The position numbers and the translations under genes are program-made. From Eledone cirrhosa (lineage: Eukaryota): a DNA stretch of 64,000 nt. The number at the start of each line of letters is the position of its first letter. The stretch's first letter is position 1. Location: positions 43,338,001-43,402,000 of the forward strand of contig OZ024751.1 of assembly GCA_964016885.1 (NCBI GenBank), given 5' to 3'. The notes beneath the pieces were generated by a model. The model had not been told where the DNA came from, did not search any database, and saw only the letters and a list, made by a program, of their open reading frames with translations. Below are positions 1 through 13,515 of the stretch, one piece after another.

Positions 1-90
1 AGTACATTTGCGTGGGGAATACTCATCCAATTGCAAGTTAATTTCCTGAGCAGACCGTTCCGTTGGCGTATTTGTTGCTTTACATATATC

Positions 91-515
91 TTGGCAGTAA
101 TTGGTAGAGCGTCGAACAACATGCTTTGCGGCATAGAGTTACGTCCCTTTACGCTCTGAGTTCAAATCCCGCCGTGGTTAACTTTACCTTTCATTCTTAC
201 GGAATCGATAAAATAAAAGCACCAGTAACGGTCAGGAGTCAATTCAATCGACTTTCCCCTCCCCAAAAATTGTTGGCCTTGTACCTAAATAAGAAACTAT
301 TATATATGTATTTGTTGGAAGAGGGTCGAACGCCATGCTTTGCAGCATAGAGTTACGGCCCTTTATGATCTGAGTTCAAATCCCGCCGAGGTTAACTTAG
401 CCTTTCATCCTTACGGGATCGATAAAATAAAGTACCAGTCACGCACTAGGGTCGATTTAATCGACTTTCCCCTCCCCCCAAATTACTGGCCTTGTGCCTA
501 TATAAGAAACCATTA
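91..515 (+). mobile_element. Two tandem copies of tRNA-derived SINE family 1
   Basis: A box tggcagtaattggtag, B box gagttcaaatccc, body gcctttcatccttacggg..gataaaataaagtaccagt; many further copies in the window. Confidence 0.85.
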
Positions 516-938
516 TTCTATAATTTGGTCTATTTGATTGTTAAAGTATTAAATACCCTCTGGTTAATTGCTGTTTGTTTTAAACTGAGTTTTCCTTTCT
601 TTCGGTAATTCGTTTGTTGAAGAGAACCTTAATACTCGTCTTAGTTAAGATTTCATCAGTGATATTCAGTGTCGTGTAGACATTCGTGTATCTATGTGGA
701 CATTCTCTATGTCTGTGTATATATATATATTTGTCTTTGTTGTAAACAGGCGTGATGTATCTGCTATCTTCTAACTGAATGTTTACATACCGAAATGGAA
801 CCGTTCTATAGCTAAGTGTTTTGTTTGCACTCTTTCTCAATGTTGAATATTTGTACGAGGTTGTTTTCGAATGTCTCATGTTTGTTTCTCGACATTTTTC
901 GCTGTGTCCATTAAGACAATTAAGATATCGTCTACGTA

Positions 939-1018
<80 letters not shown>

Positions 1019-1025
<7 letters not shown>

Positions 1026-1363
1026 GTGAGGTTTTTTTTACTAATTGAAAAATAACCGAGGTGTCCTATACGAGTGAAAGTATAAAGAAAAAGAGATGAA
1101 ATCGAAAATGCAACTGGAGTCTTATTTTTTTTTTAAATATATATATTTATTTGGTTCCTTTACCGGTTTCGCAGTTCTTCTGCTTTTCAAAAGGTGAGTT
1201 GAGATGGAGGGTCTGTGGTTTTTCGAGAAAAACCACAGACCCTCCATCTCAACTCACCTTTTGAAAAGCAGAAGAACTGCGAAACCGGTAAAGGAACCAA
1301 ATAAATATATATATTTAAAAAAAAAATAAGACTCCAGTTGCATTTTCGATTTCATCTCTTTTT

Positions 1364-1370
<7 letters not shown>
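1019..1370. mobile_element. Fold-back palindromic insertion (arms 1081-1224 / 1227-1370) with one-sided tail, in (TA)n; Penelope-like pLTR or retrozyme
   Basis: 144-bp perfect inverted arms, 2-nt spacer, HHR in each arm; truncated family member at about 17578-17670. Confidence 0.8.
1257..1294 (+). ncRNA. Minimal type I hammerhead ribozyme, U3:A8 core variant (mirror copy 1157-1194 on -)
   Basis: cctt-TTGAAAA-gcag aagaa ctgc-GAAA-ccgg-TA-aagg: stems I and II pair, loop III palindromic. Confidence 0.72.
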
Positions 1371-1412
<42 letters not shown>

Positions 1413-1696
1413 CACCCACCCCACTCTCAAGAGCGTGAAACTAATAAACCTTTGTTCGTACTGCCTCTCTGTTTTGTTTCCGTTCCATTTTTCACTATAT
1501 ATATATATATATATAAAAGAAAGTACAGCATAATCGAAGCTCTGGCTGCAGCTAAGCTACCGAATGCAATCGGAATGTGCAGCTAAGCACTCAATAAGGT
1601 ATTTTACCTTAGAGTAATAACATTACGTTTAGACAGCTTTACAAATTGAAGATTGCGACCGGTAAGCCAGCCGCAGGGACCAAAGCAACGAGAAAA

Positions 1697-1741
<45 letters not shown>

Positions 1742-1818
1742 GAGAGAGAGAGATAAATATATATATATATAGTGTTGTTATTTCTGTTTACCTTTTACAT
1801 ACACATATACACACACAA

Positions 1819-1871
<53 letters not shown>

Positions 1872-2080
1872 TAAAAGGAAAAGAAAATGCTGACAAATTT
1901 TTCCCAGTGAAAAATAGTTTAATTAGGAATAAGTATAAATTAGTAATAAGTATTGGTTAGTATTCAGTTTTAGTTTTAAGTTTTTACCGGTTGCGCATTT
2001 CTAATGCTTTTCAAAAATAATTTTGAGATAGAGTGCTCGTGATGTTTGCTCTAATCTGGTATCTTACCACATCCTCTTTG

Positions 2081-2149
<69 letters not shown>

Positions 2150-2152
<3 letters not shown>

Positions 2153-2293
2153 CAAAGAGGATGTGGTAAGATACCAGGTGGACCATAACGCACCAAAGTA
2201 CTCAATACTTAGTGTAGTAGAGTGGGTAATAGGAAAAGAGTCAGGACCCCGACGGCTAAGCTCCGGCCGTTTCGACAGCTAGATCCGAACTAA
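2150..2293 (-). mobile_element. Family B element: 3' half of HHR plus tail, in (TA)n
   Basis: Minus strand reads GAAAcggccggagcttagccGTCggggtc...gtattgagtac...ccacatcctctttgtt(AT)n; last 28 bp duplicated in inverted orientation at 2056-2083. Confidence 0.7.
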
Positions 2294-2350
<57 letters not shown>

Positions 2351-2976
2351 TGAATGTGTGCTTAAAAACGATAAGCGAAATTTGAAATATACGAGAACGT
2401 TAAGGCTTCATTGAATGTTTTGACTATAGAAAAACATTCTAAATAATAGAACCTAAAGCCCCCTTAACGGCAAAAAATGGACATTAACACATGGCTCTCT
2501 TGTGTCTAGGTGTTTATATGTAAATGTTTGTTGTTGTTTTTGTATTACAGTATTTCTATTATTATTGTTTACCTGATTTATATCTGTATATACCACGAAA
2601 AAAAAAGAATTTACAAAAAGAACACACACACACATTTACATTCATACTCACACAAAACAAAAATGGCCGCTTCCCATCATAGCCCATGTCAATGTGTTTA
2701 GAAAATAATTTCAACAACGACACGAATATCGCCTGCAATGTACATTTGACGTTGTATTTACTGCAGTATATTTCCTTCTCTGCAACTTGATAGGTGGAAT
2801 AGCTCAATGCCAAGGGATTTCGTGACAAGGAATTCATTTGTAAGAGCACTGCTAACATTCAAACCGACATTCTTTTCATTTCATTTTTATTATTATTATT
2901 ATTATTATTATTGCCATCACAAAAATAAATATATGATGGTAATAATAATAATAATAATAACAATTGTAATAATAAT

Positions 2977-3366
2977 AATTGTTTCTACTTTAGGCACAAG
3001 GCCAGCAATTACCCAGTGCATTACTGGTACTTTATTTTATCGACCCCGTAAGGATGAAAGGCAAAGTCAACCTCGGCGGGATTTGATCTTAGATCGTAAA
3101 GGGACGTAACTATGCTGGAAAGCATGGCGTCCGACTCTCCACCGATACTGCCAATCCACCGCCCTTTTGTAATAATAATTGTAATAATAATAATTGTTTC
3201 TACTTTTGGAATAATAATGCTTTTCTTTATTAACCACAAGGGTTGACACAAAGTATAACATTAAGGACAACACAGGACAATAGAGGACGGTACAAATGGG
3301 GTTAACTTTGCCTTTCATCCTTACGGGGTCGATAAAATTGCTGGCCTTGTGCCAAAAGTAGAAACA

Positions 3367-3370
<4 letters not shown>
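2977..3370. mobile_element. SINE family 1: full copy on - (2977-3164) and a 3' fragment on + (3299-3370)
   Basis: Same A/B boxes and body; (TAA)n tails. Confidence 0.8.
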
Positions 3371-3417
<47 letters not shown>

Positions 3418-3678
3418 TCCATCATATATTTATTTTTGTTCTTTCTTTCCTTTTTTCTTTCTTTCATTCTTTCTTTATTTATTTATTTATTTATCTATTT
3501 ATTTATTTATTAAAGTAACGCAACAGTCTGTGATGAACGTTGTTATATAGTGCTGACATCTGGTGGCATCTAGCGAGACCTCCACTAAACTCTTGTTATG
3601 ATGTAAATTCAGTTGAGGGAAAAAAAAAAAAAATTACCATCTCTCTACCTCCCTACCTACCTATACCATTGAATTTGA

Positions 3679-3739
<61 letters not shown>

Positions 3740-3899
3740 TGTGTGTGCGCGTGTATATATCTGTATAGACCACGAAAAAAAAGAATTTAAATAAAAAAAC
3801 ACATCCATATTCGCATTCATCCACATCCACATTCACACAAATCCACATTCACACAAAACAAAAATGGCCGCCTCCCATCTTAGTCCATGTCAATGTGTT

Positions 3900-4009
<110 letters not shown>

Positions 4010-4551
4010 TGTAATCCGTATGAATTATCAAAGGGCTGGGAGTGTTTGAAATTTGAGAATGTGAAATCCCCAAATGCATAAAATGACTGTAATAAGAATC
4101 GATCACTAAAGATGATAGTTGAAACAATTGGATAAATTACCCTTAACTACCGTCTAGAGTGATCGACTGTTATTTCAGATATTTTGTGCGTTTGGGACTC
4201 TCCCAATTTCAGATACACACACACACACACACATCTATATATATATATAATGAGAGGTACGCACATATATGTACATACATACACATGTATATATACACAT
4301 ATTTTTTCTCAAGTATCTGGGTGTGTGTGTTGTCGACCTCAACCAGTGTTGTTTCATGATTACGAGAGACAAAACAATCGAAATAATTATATTGACTCGA
4401 TATCAGAGCTATGTAACAAATTATAAAGTAAGAAGAAGTAATAGACACAGATATATACCTATTTTTTCCTCAATGTCCCGACTGTACAGTTAGAAGACCA
4501 TACGCTATCGGTTTTAAAGTAGTGACCATGTCACTTACTTCTTTTCGGCGA

Positions 4552-4692
4552 AAGAAGGGAGACCGAGGTTAACATATGTTGATGCCCTAAGGACAGACAC
4601 TCGTCTCTTGGAGACATGCAGGACATGGCAGCGATAATGAGGGACAGAGACCGCTGGAGAGAACTCGTCCATGGATCTCGGGAATTTTACCC

Positions 4693-4697
<5 letters not shown>
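4552..4697 (+). mobile_element. RTE-clade LINE 3' end fragment
   Basis: Encodes RRGRPRLTYVDAL-like C-terminal motif; near-identical to pieces at 35788-36023; ends in (TA)n. Confidence 0.7.
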
Positions 4698-4727
<30 letters not shown>

Positions 4728-5165
4728 GATAACCAGTTATCGTTTTAGGTAATCCAGTTAGAGGTTGTAAGTACTCTGTACTATGGATAGTTTTAACGTA
4801 AGCAGTTGTTTGTCTCAACAAGAGGTTTCCTTAACTAGGTAGCGAGTTTTCGGGAATTCCCATGTAGGTTAATCTTGGAGTAATAATAGTGAAAGGGTGA
4901 AGAATAACATGGTCGGCTACACAAAAAGGGTGGTGTTATATATATATATATATATATATATTCCCACGTATATATATATATATATAATGTAGGAGGTGAG
5001 TTTTATTGTAGTACAATAAAGCAATGCAGATATCGGATAATAAGCACTCTACAGTTTGAAGGACTGGAGTATACATAATATATAATAATATTATTGCATG
5101 ATGATATTTGTTTTTGAAATGCGCATAATAAAATACATGGAACTCTTTTAACCATCTTTTGTTCT

Positions 5166-5248
<83 letters not shown>

Positions 5249-5577
5249 GGGAGGGGGAGAGACTGTTCGCGCAATAGAGAGAGAGTGTGTGTGTGCATGT
5301 ATGTAGGCGTATATAGGTGCGTGTGTGTATGTGTGTATGCATGTCTATATATGTAGATGCCCGTGTGCGTGTGTGTGTTTTAGTATTGGTACTAGAGTAA
5401 CTAATCTCCGCTGGAAATTCTTCTAAACCACTTGTGGCTAATCTAGCATTTCTTTAGGATTCCCGCCCCTTTTAGAAAGTAAATCCTTTAAAAATTAACC
5501 ACACCCTTCCCCCCTTTCTCTCTCCCTCTCTCTCTCAATACTCCTTTCGCTCTCTCTGTCTCTCCCTCGCTCTCAAC

Positions 5578-5608
<31 letters not shown>

Positions 5609-5716
5609 AATCTCCCTTTGTCTCCACCTCTCTCTTTCTCCATCTCTCTCTCTCCCTCTCTCTCTCTCTCTCAATACTCCTTTCGCTCTCTCTGTCTCTC
5701 CCTAGCTCTCAATTAC

Positions 5717-5754
<38 letters not shown>

Positions 5755-5941
5755 CTCCCTTTGTCTCCACCTCTCTCTTTCTCCATCTCTCTCTCTCTCC
5801 ATCTCTCTCTCTCCCTCAATCCCTCGTCACTCGTATCAGTGTCATTAAATGACACTTGTAGTAAATCTCATTATATTGTTAATTAGTTCCATTACTCACT
5901 CACTTATTCTTGCTTCTAAACCGCCCTTGTGTCAACTTTAA

Positions 5942-6001
<60 letters not shown>

Positions 6002-6155
6002 AGGGAGTGTAACTTGGAGTTACTGTAGGTTTATCCGGGTGAGCACTCGATGTTTAGGTTCACTTCAGTGTCGAGGTGTAGAGCTAGACAGAGTGTATTA
6101 TAGTGAAATAAGATAATAAGGACGATTGGTTACTCCTTCATTACGTTTATTGGTT

Positions 6156-6240
6156 GGTGACGTGCGTTTCGCCACTGATCAGCTCAAGGTTTGATCTGTA
6201 TCGATTTGACCTGACTCTGTAATCCGCGGCTCGTCAAACC
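6156..6240 (-). ncRNA. Type I hammerhead with extended stem II, in an element spanning about 6000-6260
   Basis: ggt-TTGACGA-gccgc...gtggc-GAAAC-gcac-GTC-acc followed by AATAAA; the stem II insert resembles that of 29111-29204. Confidence 0.6.
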
Positions 6241-6258
6241 CCTTGTAATGTTAATGGA

Positions 6259-6318
<60 letters not shown>

Positions 6319-6456
6319 TCCGCCGGTTGATAACTAATCAACTACCAGATATAGGTACACTCTCGTAGATTCAATCGATATATTACACCTTGACGAAATT
6401 GTCCGAAGATGGCACCCATCACCTCTCCAAATCAGCCAGCTCCTTTCTGGTTAACT

Positions 6457-6985
6457 ACAAGGCCAGCAATTTTTTTGCGGTGAGGAGGAGAATGTCGATT
6501 AAATCAACCCCAGTACATTACTGGTACTTTATTTTATCAACCCCGTAGGTATGAAAGGCAAAGTTAACCTCGGCGGGATTTGAACTTGACCGTAAACGGC
6601 CGTAACTCTATGCTGCAAATCATGGCGTCCGACCCTCTACCGATACTGCCACAATAATAATTGCTTCTACTTTTGGCACAAGGCCAGCAATTACCCAGTA
6701 CATTACTGGTACTTTATTTTATCAACCCCGTAAGTATGAAAGGCAAAGCTGACCTCGGCGAGATTTGAACTCAGAATATAAAGGGAAGTAACTTAATTGT
6801 TTCTACATTTGGCACAAGGCCAGCAAATACCTCAGTACATTACTAGTACTTTATTTTATCGACCCTGTATGTATGAAAGGCAAAGTTCATCTCGGCCGGA
6901 TTTGAATTCAGAATATAAACAGCTGTAACTTTATGCTACGAATCAAGGTGTCCGACGCTCTACCGATTCTGCCAATCTACCGCCC
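6457..6985 (-). mobile_element. Three tandem SINE family 1 copies
   Basis: Repeated caaggccagcaatt...ctggtactttattttatc.accccgtaag.atgaaaggcaaag...gatttgaac. Confidence 0.85.
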
Positions 6986-7015
6986 TTATTACCAACATAT
7001 AATGCTACGCTTCTG

Positions 7016-7102
<87 letters not shown>

Positions 7103-7362
7103 GCTTCAATTCCTGTCTATCTTTCTAGAACGTAAAGGGCCGTAACATCGTTTACTAAAATATCTAGAAATGTATTTATGTTAGAAATCATTATCACCAC
7201 AAAATGTTTATTTATTGTTTATATTTTCACATGTTTTCCTTTTCTTTTCTTTTCTTTTCTTTTCTTTTCTTTTCTTTTCTTTTTTTCTTTTTTATTTTTG
7301 TCTATTCTTCGGACTACTTCCGGTTGTTCTTGATGTCGTTGTTGTTGACGTTTTCACTAAAG

Positions 7363-7906
7363 CTTGTCGGCTGCGATCATGAGTTGAACTCGGAGAAACA
7401 GCTAGACCAGTGTGGTGTGTGCGGGGGCAACGATACATGTATCACTTCAACTCCCCTAGTCACGGACGGCGGTGGTCAGGTGACTGACACTGATGGAATT
7501 AACCAGAAGCTGCCAGACATCACAGACCGGAAACTGCCCGACATTACAGACCGGAAACTCTCCGACAAAACTTTCGACGGCGGCAGCCATCTTAAAGGCA
7601 AAGAAGACAAAGAGCAACGACAATCTCACCAGCACCATCACCATCGAGAGAAAGAATCACAAGATCAACAACGGCAGCAGCAACAAGAACAAGAACAACA
7701 ACAGCAACAACAACAACAACAACAACAACAAGAGCTACAACAAAAACTACAACAACAACAGCCAGTTGGAGATGAAGAAATTGTGGACAGTGATAGCCAA
7801 TTGGTTAAGTTGCAGGTGAAGAAATGGAGGAAGAAAAAGAAACAGGATAAAGAACCTTATCGGTGGGAAGTGAAATATGGAGAATGTTCAGTCACGTGTT
7901 CACTAG
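7363..7906 (+). CDS. ADAMTS-like protein (ADAMTSL1/3, punctin/MADD-4-like), internal exon A: end of Cys-rich module, low-complexity linker, start of a TSP1 repeat
   Basis: Acceptor ttttcactaaAG|CTT, donor CTAG|GTaac, phase 0 to 1. LVGCDHELNSEKQLDQCGVCGGNDTC matches the ADAMTS(L) VGCD...D.CGVC.G motif; ends YRWEVKYGECSVTCSLG. Confidence 0.9.
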
Positions 7907-7987
7907 GTAACGTCCCTTTGCTGTCTTCTATATCTTCTTTTTTGTTATTATTATTATTACTATTATTACTATTATTATTACTATTAT

Positions 7988-8660
7988 CGGATGCCATGCT
8001 TTGGCGCATAGAGTTACGGCCCTTGCCATTCTGAGTTCAAATCCCGCCGAGGTTAACTTTGCCTTTCATCCTTACGGGGTCGATAAAATAAAGTACCAGT
8101 AATACACTGGGTAATTGCTGGCCTTGTGCCTAACGTAGAAACAATTATTATTACTATTATTATTACTATTAAGGGCGGTGGATTGACAGTATCGGTAGAG
8201 AGTCGGACACCATGCTTTGCAGCATAGGGTTACGTCCCTTTATGATCTGAGTTCAAATCGCGCCGAGGTTAACTTTGCCTTTCAACCTTACGGGGTCGAT
8301 AAAATAAAGTACCAGTAATAAACTGGGATAATTGCTGGCCTTGTGACCAAAAGTAGAAACAATTATTATGGTGTTGAGGGAGGAGAATTAGCAGATCGTT
8401 AGAATATCGAACAAATTGCTTTGCCGTATTGATCTGTTCTTTACGATCTGATTTCAAATCTCGCTGTTGTCAACTTTACTTTTCATCCATCCGGGTACCA
8501 GTGATTTATTGAGGTTGATTTAATCAACTTTGCCCTAAATAAAACGGATGAAAGACAAAAGTTGATGATTTTGGCGGGATTTCAACACAGAACGGAAAGT
8601 GTCGTAATAAATACCGCAAGGCACTTTGTGTGTTCTAACACTTCGCTGCCAATTCGCCGC
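7988..8660. mobile_element. SINE family 1 cluster (mainly +; diverged - copy near 8540-8660)
   Basis: Full copy 8172-8365 with A and B boxes. Confidence 0.8.
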
Positions 8661-8717
8661 AAAACATATTTTATGTTATTCTGTAGAAAGAGAGGGTAGT
8701 CTCGAGATCATCATAAT

Positions 8718-8835
8718 CTTCTTCTTCTTCTTCTTCTTCTTCTTCTTCTTCTTCTTCTTCTTCTTCTTCTTCTTCTTCTTCTTCTTCTTCTTCTTCTTCT
8801 TCTTCTTCTTCTTCTTCTTCTTCTTCTTCTTCTTT
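8718..8835. repeat. (CTT)n microsatellite
   Basis: Pure trinucleotide run. Confidence 0.95.
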
Positions 8836-8973
8836 CTTTCTTTTATTAGTTTCCACACGATGAAATTTTGAAATGTCATATTAGCAGAGGAAATCTAGAC
8901 GAGATTCCTCTTTTTCTCTGTTGTTGTTGTCGTTGTTGTTGTTGTTGTAAAATGTATGTGTATATATATATAA

Positions 8974-9020
<47 letters not shown>

Positions 9021-9087
9021 TATATACACATACATTTTACATATTATATATATATGTATACATATGTATATATATGCATATATATAT

Positions 9088-9122
<35 letters not shown>

Positions 9123-9212
9123 CGGGGAGCGAAAGATAGAGAGAGACACACAGAGAAAGAGCACTAGATATATATAGAGAGAGAGAGTTAGAGAGAGACA
9201 GAGAAATACAAA

Positions 9213-9256
<44 letters not shown>

Positions 9257-9695
9257 AGAGAGTGGCAGATAGGAAAATGTAGAAAAATGTGGAAACATGT
9301 GGTCGTAAATACTTTTGTTTAAAACATCCAGCCAGCGGGTTTACATTCTATTTGAATTGTTATATTTATTTTCTTTATTGTATTTTCACCATTTCACTAA
9401 TGCACATACATGCTGTGCATTGTGTAGGTTTTAGTGCTGTTGGGGCCAACTTAATGTTAATATCAACATTGTAAAAGAAAAACGCATTCGGTTACATGTG
9501 CAATGGGAATGTGCTGCCATCTTTTTTTATTCCCTCACAACGTAAATAATTTATGTCTTCTGAAGAGTAATAACACGCTTCATGTAGATTTACAATTGTT
9601 TATATATATATATATAATATATAAAGGTATTTATATATACACACATATACATACATACTTATATGTGTGATGTATATATATGTGTGTGTGTATGC

Positions 9696-9791
<96 letters not shown>

Positions 9792-9926
9792 TTGAACGTC
9801 CTCGACAAATTCCTTCACAAACAATCCTAAGTACATACATATATACGTAATGCATATATATATATTTATATCATTGTTTGTGTGTGTGTGTGTATGTATA
9901 TATATATATATATATGTATATATGAT

Positions 9927-9988
<62 letters not shown>

Positions 9989-10070
9989 TGTGTGTGTATA
10001 TATATATATATGATTGCGTATATATATATATATATATATATGATTGTGTGTGTATATATATATATATGAT

Positions 10071-10141
<71 letters not shown>

Positions 10142-10432
10142 ACACACGTGGTATTTATTTATTTCGTTTTGACATTAGAATAAACATATTTTTTTACCGT
10201 TGTCACAGGATAAGAGATATCTACTGCATATGGCGACTGGATCCCACTTGTACTTATGTTCTCTCGATATGTTGACAACTGCTTGTGTAAGATGTAAGTG
10301 TATATGTATCTTATATATATATATATATATACTTATACATACACGCACGTATACATATATATATTATATACTAATACATACACACACGTATACATATATA
10401 TATATACAAAAACATACACACACACACACACG

Positions 10433-10466
<34 letters not shown>

Positions 10467-10593
10467 TACATACAAATACATACACACACACGTATATATA
10501 TAGATAGATAGATAGATAGATAGATACAAATACACACACAGAGAAACCACCGAAGGTCCCTTAAATCTGATCGTCTAGTCTCCTAAAAGTAAG

Positions 10594-10644
<51 letters not shown>

Positions 10645-10647
<3 letters not shown>

Positions 10648-11582
10648 TAATTTAATATATCAACTAACATAAGCGCACAGATGCACGCCCATGCTAGCAA
10701 ATACACAGGTTATGTCATAGTACCTAGGTGGTTCAATGCAGGAGAATGCAGAACAATAATATAAAAGACGTAAAATAAGAAAATATTTTTTCAAAAAAAT
10801 TTTAAAAAAATTTTTTACTTACTTACTTAAATTTTCACTCCAACTAATTAGTTTCTGCAATGGGATAAAGACAGTTACGTAATCCAACTGTCGAGAATTC
10901 ATTGCGTCATCAGGGAGTCTATTCTCAGTTAAGTCTCCAGGCAATGCGCGGACACTGGCGGCTCATATAAAAATAATAATAATTCGGTAGATCGAACAGC
11001 TGGCGAGGACTGGATTCTATGTACCGAAATTCTCACTGCTTCAGGTCAAATGGCCGATTCTAAAGAATCAATCACGTGACACAGAGGCTAGTTAGAAGGA
11101 ATGGGATGGTAAGATGACTGACGCCTACTAACACCCCAAAAAATTTTTTTAGAAGTGGTTTTGGCAAGTTTGCCAACTTTGCAAACTTGCCAAAACCACT
11201 TCTAAAAAAATTTTTTGGGGTGTTAGTAGGCGTCAGTCATCTTACCATCCCATTCCTTCTAACTAGCCTCTGTGTCACGTGATTGATTCTTTAGAATCGG
11301 CCATTTGACCTGAAGCAGTGAGAATTTCGGTACATAGAATCCAGTCCTCGCCAGCTGTTCGATCTACCGAATTATTATTTTTATATGAGCCGCCAGTGTC
11401 CGCGCATTGCCTGGAGACTTAACTGAGAATAGACTCCCTGATGACGCAATGAATTCTCGACAGTTGGATTACGTAACTGTCTTTATCCCATTGCAGAAAC
11501 TAATTAGTTGGAGTGAAAATTTAAGTAAGTAAGTAAAAAATTTTTTTTAAATTTTTTTGAAAAAATATTTTCTTATTTTACG

Positions 11583-11592
<10 letters not shown>
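10645..11592. mobile_element. Large fold-back palindrome (arms about 10759-11173 / 11181-11592) with left tail, flanked by (TA)n
   Basis: About 415-bp arms, differing by one 3-bp AAT indel as far as read; spacer caacttt; HHR in each arm. Confidence 0.85.
11433..11514 (+). ncRNA. Type I hammerhead ribozyme (mirror copy 10837-10918 on -)
   Basis: actcc-CTGATGA-c gcaatg...cattgc a-GAAA-ctaattag-TT-ggagt; 5-bp stem I, palindromic stem III, GUU site. Confidence 0.78.
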
Positions 11593-11624
<32 letters not shown>

Positions 11625-11877
11625 CAGTGGTAATTAATCCCAAAAAGACAGGAGAGCCATGGCTGGAATACTTTTGGTAATAGAATTTCTCCGTCCTGAC
11701 TGACCTGGGGCTAAATAAAAACAATGAGTGATTTTTGGCATGATTGTTGTACCTGCTAGAAATAGTTGCCAAATCTCTCTCAGAGAATATGCTAAACCCT
11801 CAGAAGAAATGGTTGGCTGGAATGTTTGGTACCAGATCTTCAGGATAAGTAACAACAACAACAACGACAACAACAAT

Positions 11878-12060
11878 AATTGTTTCTACATTTGGCACAA
11901 GACCAGTAATTACCCAAGTGCATTACTGGTACTTTATTTTATCGACCCCGTAAGGATGAAAGGCAAAGTTAACCTCGGCGGGATTTGAATTCAGACCGGA
12001 AAGGAACATAACTCTTTGCTGGAAAGCATGGCGTCTGACACTCTAACTATTCTGCCAATC
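11878..12060 (-). mobile_element. SINE family 1 copy
   Basis: Full-length match to other copies. Confidence 0.85.
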
Positions 12061-12544
12061 CAACGACAACAACAATCATAACAACAAGGTTAGTAACAGC
12101 AACAGCAACAAAAATATCGGTTAACAACAAGAACAACAGCAACGATAACAACAACAACAACTATAACAGCAACAGCTACAACAACAACAACGATAACAAC
12201 AACAACAACTATAACAGCAACAGCTACAACAACAACGATAGCAGCAACAACTACAACAGACACAAATAACAACAACAGTAACATCAATTACAAAAACTAC
12301 ATGAATAACAACTACAACCATAGCAAGAACAACGCCAACAATATTACTACAACAACAACAAAAACAATAATATTACCAAAACGAGGAATTATTCCCAAAG
12401 GAGAAGAACAAAAACAGAATATTGATAATCCATTAAAATTCCCCAAATTCTTCTTATTCTCAATATCTAGACTGGCATATTCTCCTTCATGCTACGTAGA
12501 TTTGTGTGTATGTATGTATATATATATATGTGTATATATGTATA

Positions 12545-12718
12545 TAGTGAAATTCCGTTATAACGAAATTCATGGGGTGTAAAAAAATTCTTTGTATCGA
12601 AAAATTCTTGATAACGAGATTGACTTAACACATCGAGCGTGAGGCCGGGGATTGAAAAAAATGTCCTTATACAGAAAAATTCGTTATAATGGTATTCGTT
12701 ATAACGGAATTTAACCTG
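12545..12718. mobile_element. MITE, Tigger/pogo-like
   Basis: TIRs (t/c)agtgaaattccgttataacgaa ... ttcgttataacggaatttaacctg, flanked by TA. Confidence 0.72.
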
Positions 12719-12751
<33 letters not shown>

Positions 12752-13515
12752 CCTCTCGCATATATGAAAATCAAAGATAATTTTCATGTACATATAAAAC
12801 AGCAGCTTATAAATTTCGCTGTGGATATTTGAACAAATGTAAAGAACCTTCTGTAATTCTCTTTGTACACACACAATCATTAGATTGCCTTTACATGTTT
12901 CCTATCTAATAGGAGGTTCATCTGTCAACTAAGAGAGCTATAATTGAACGCTGGTTATATCAAATAAAAGTGAGGATTTAAGCAGTCTAATTTGAATTAT
13001 GTACATTTGTCGTCGGGGTAATTAATTAAATGATACACAATATAGTGTATCAAATGTTAGTCTGTGGTTGGTGTGAGATTTTTCAAAGGACAAATATGAA
13101 TTTATGTTTGCGAGGGCACGTATTGAAGATATCTATTCGAGTAGTTATGTGTTTACTAATGCTTTTTAACCCTTCGAATATGTGTGCCATTTCTGTTATG
13201 CAGATATTTATTAATACCATTAATATCTTCTCTGGTTCGTTCCAGAATTCTCCACTCAATTTCCTATCATACGTTTCGTTCTTTCAGTCTCCAAATATGG
13301 TTGTCCACTTTTGTGGAATCCTGCTTGATTGCGTATCTGAAGGACATGATGAGGTTAAAAACCTTTAGCTATACAACATATAAAGCCGTAGCCATTAACA
13401 TTTCAATCTTATCCAATGATGTAATCTGTAGCTATACAACACGTCTATTGTTTTCCTACCTTCTTAGTCTTTCAAAGTATCTCTTGAACTTTTATAAAAG
13501 AAATTGGCCAACTAT

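Noticed and set aside
8172-8270. tRNA genes at A/B-box sequences
   Set aside because: These are SINE heads: no complete cloverleaf, and they continue into a shared body and tail.
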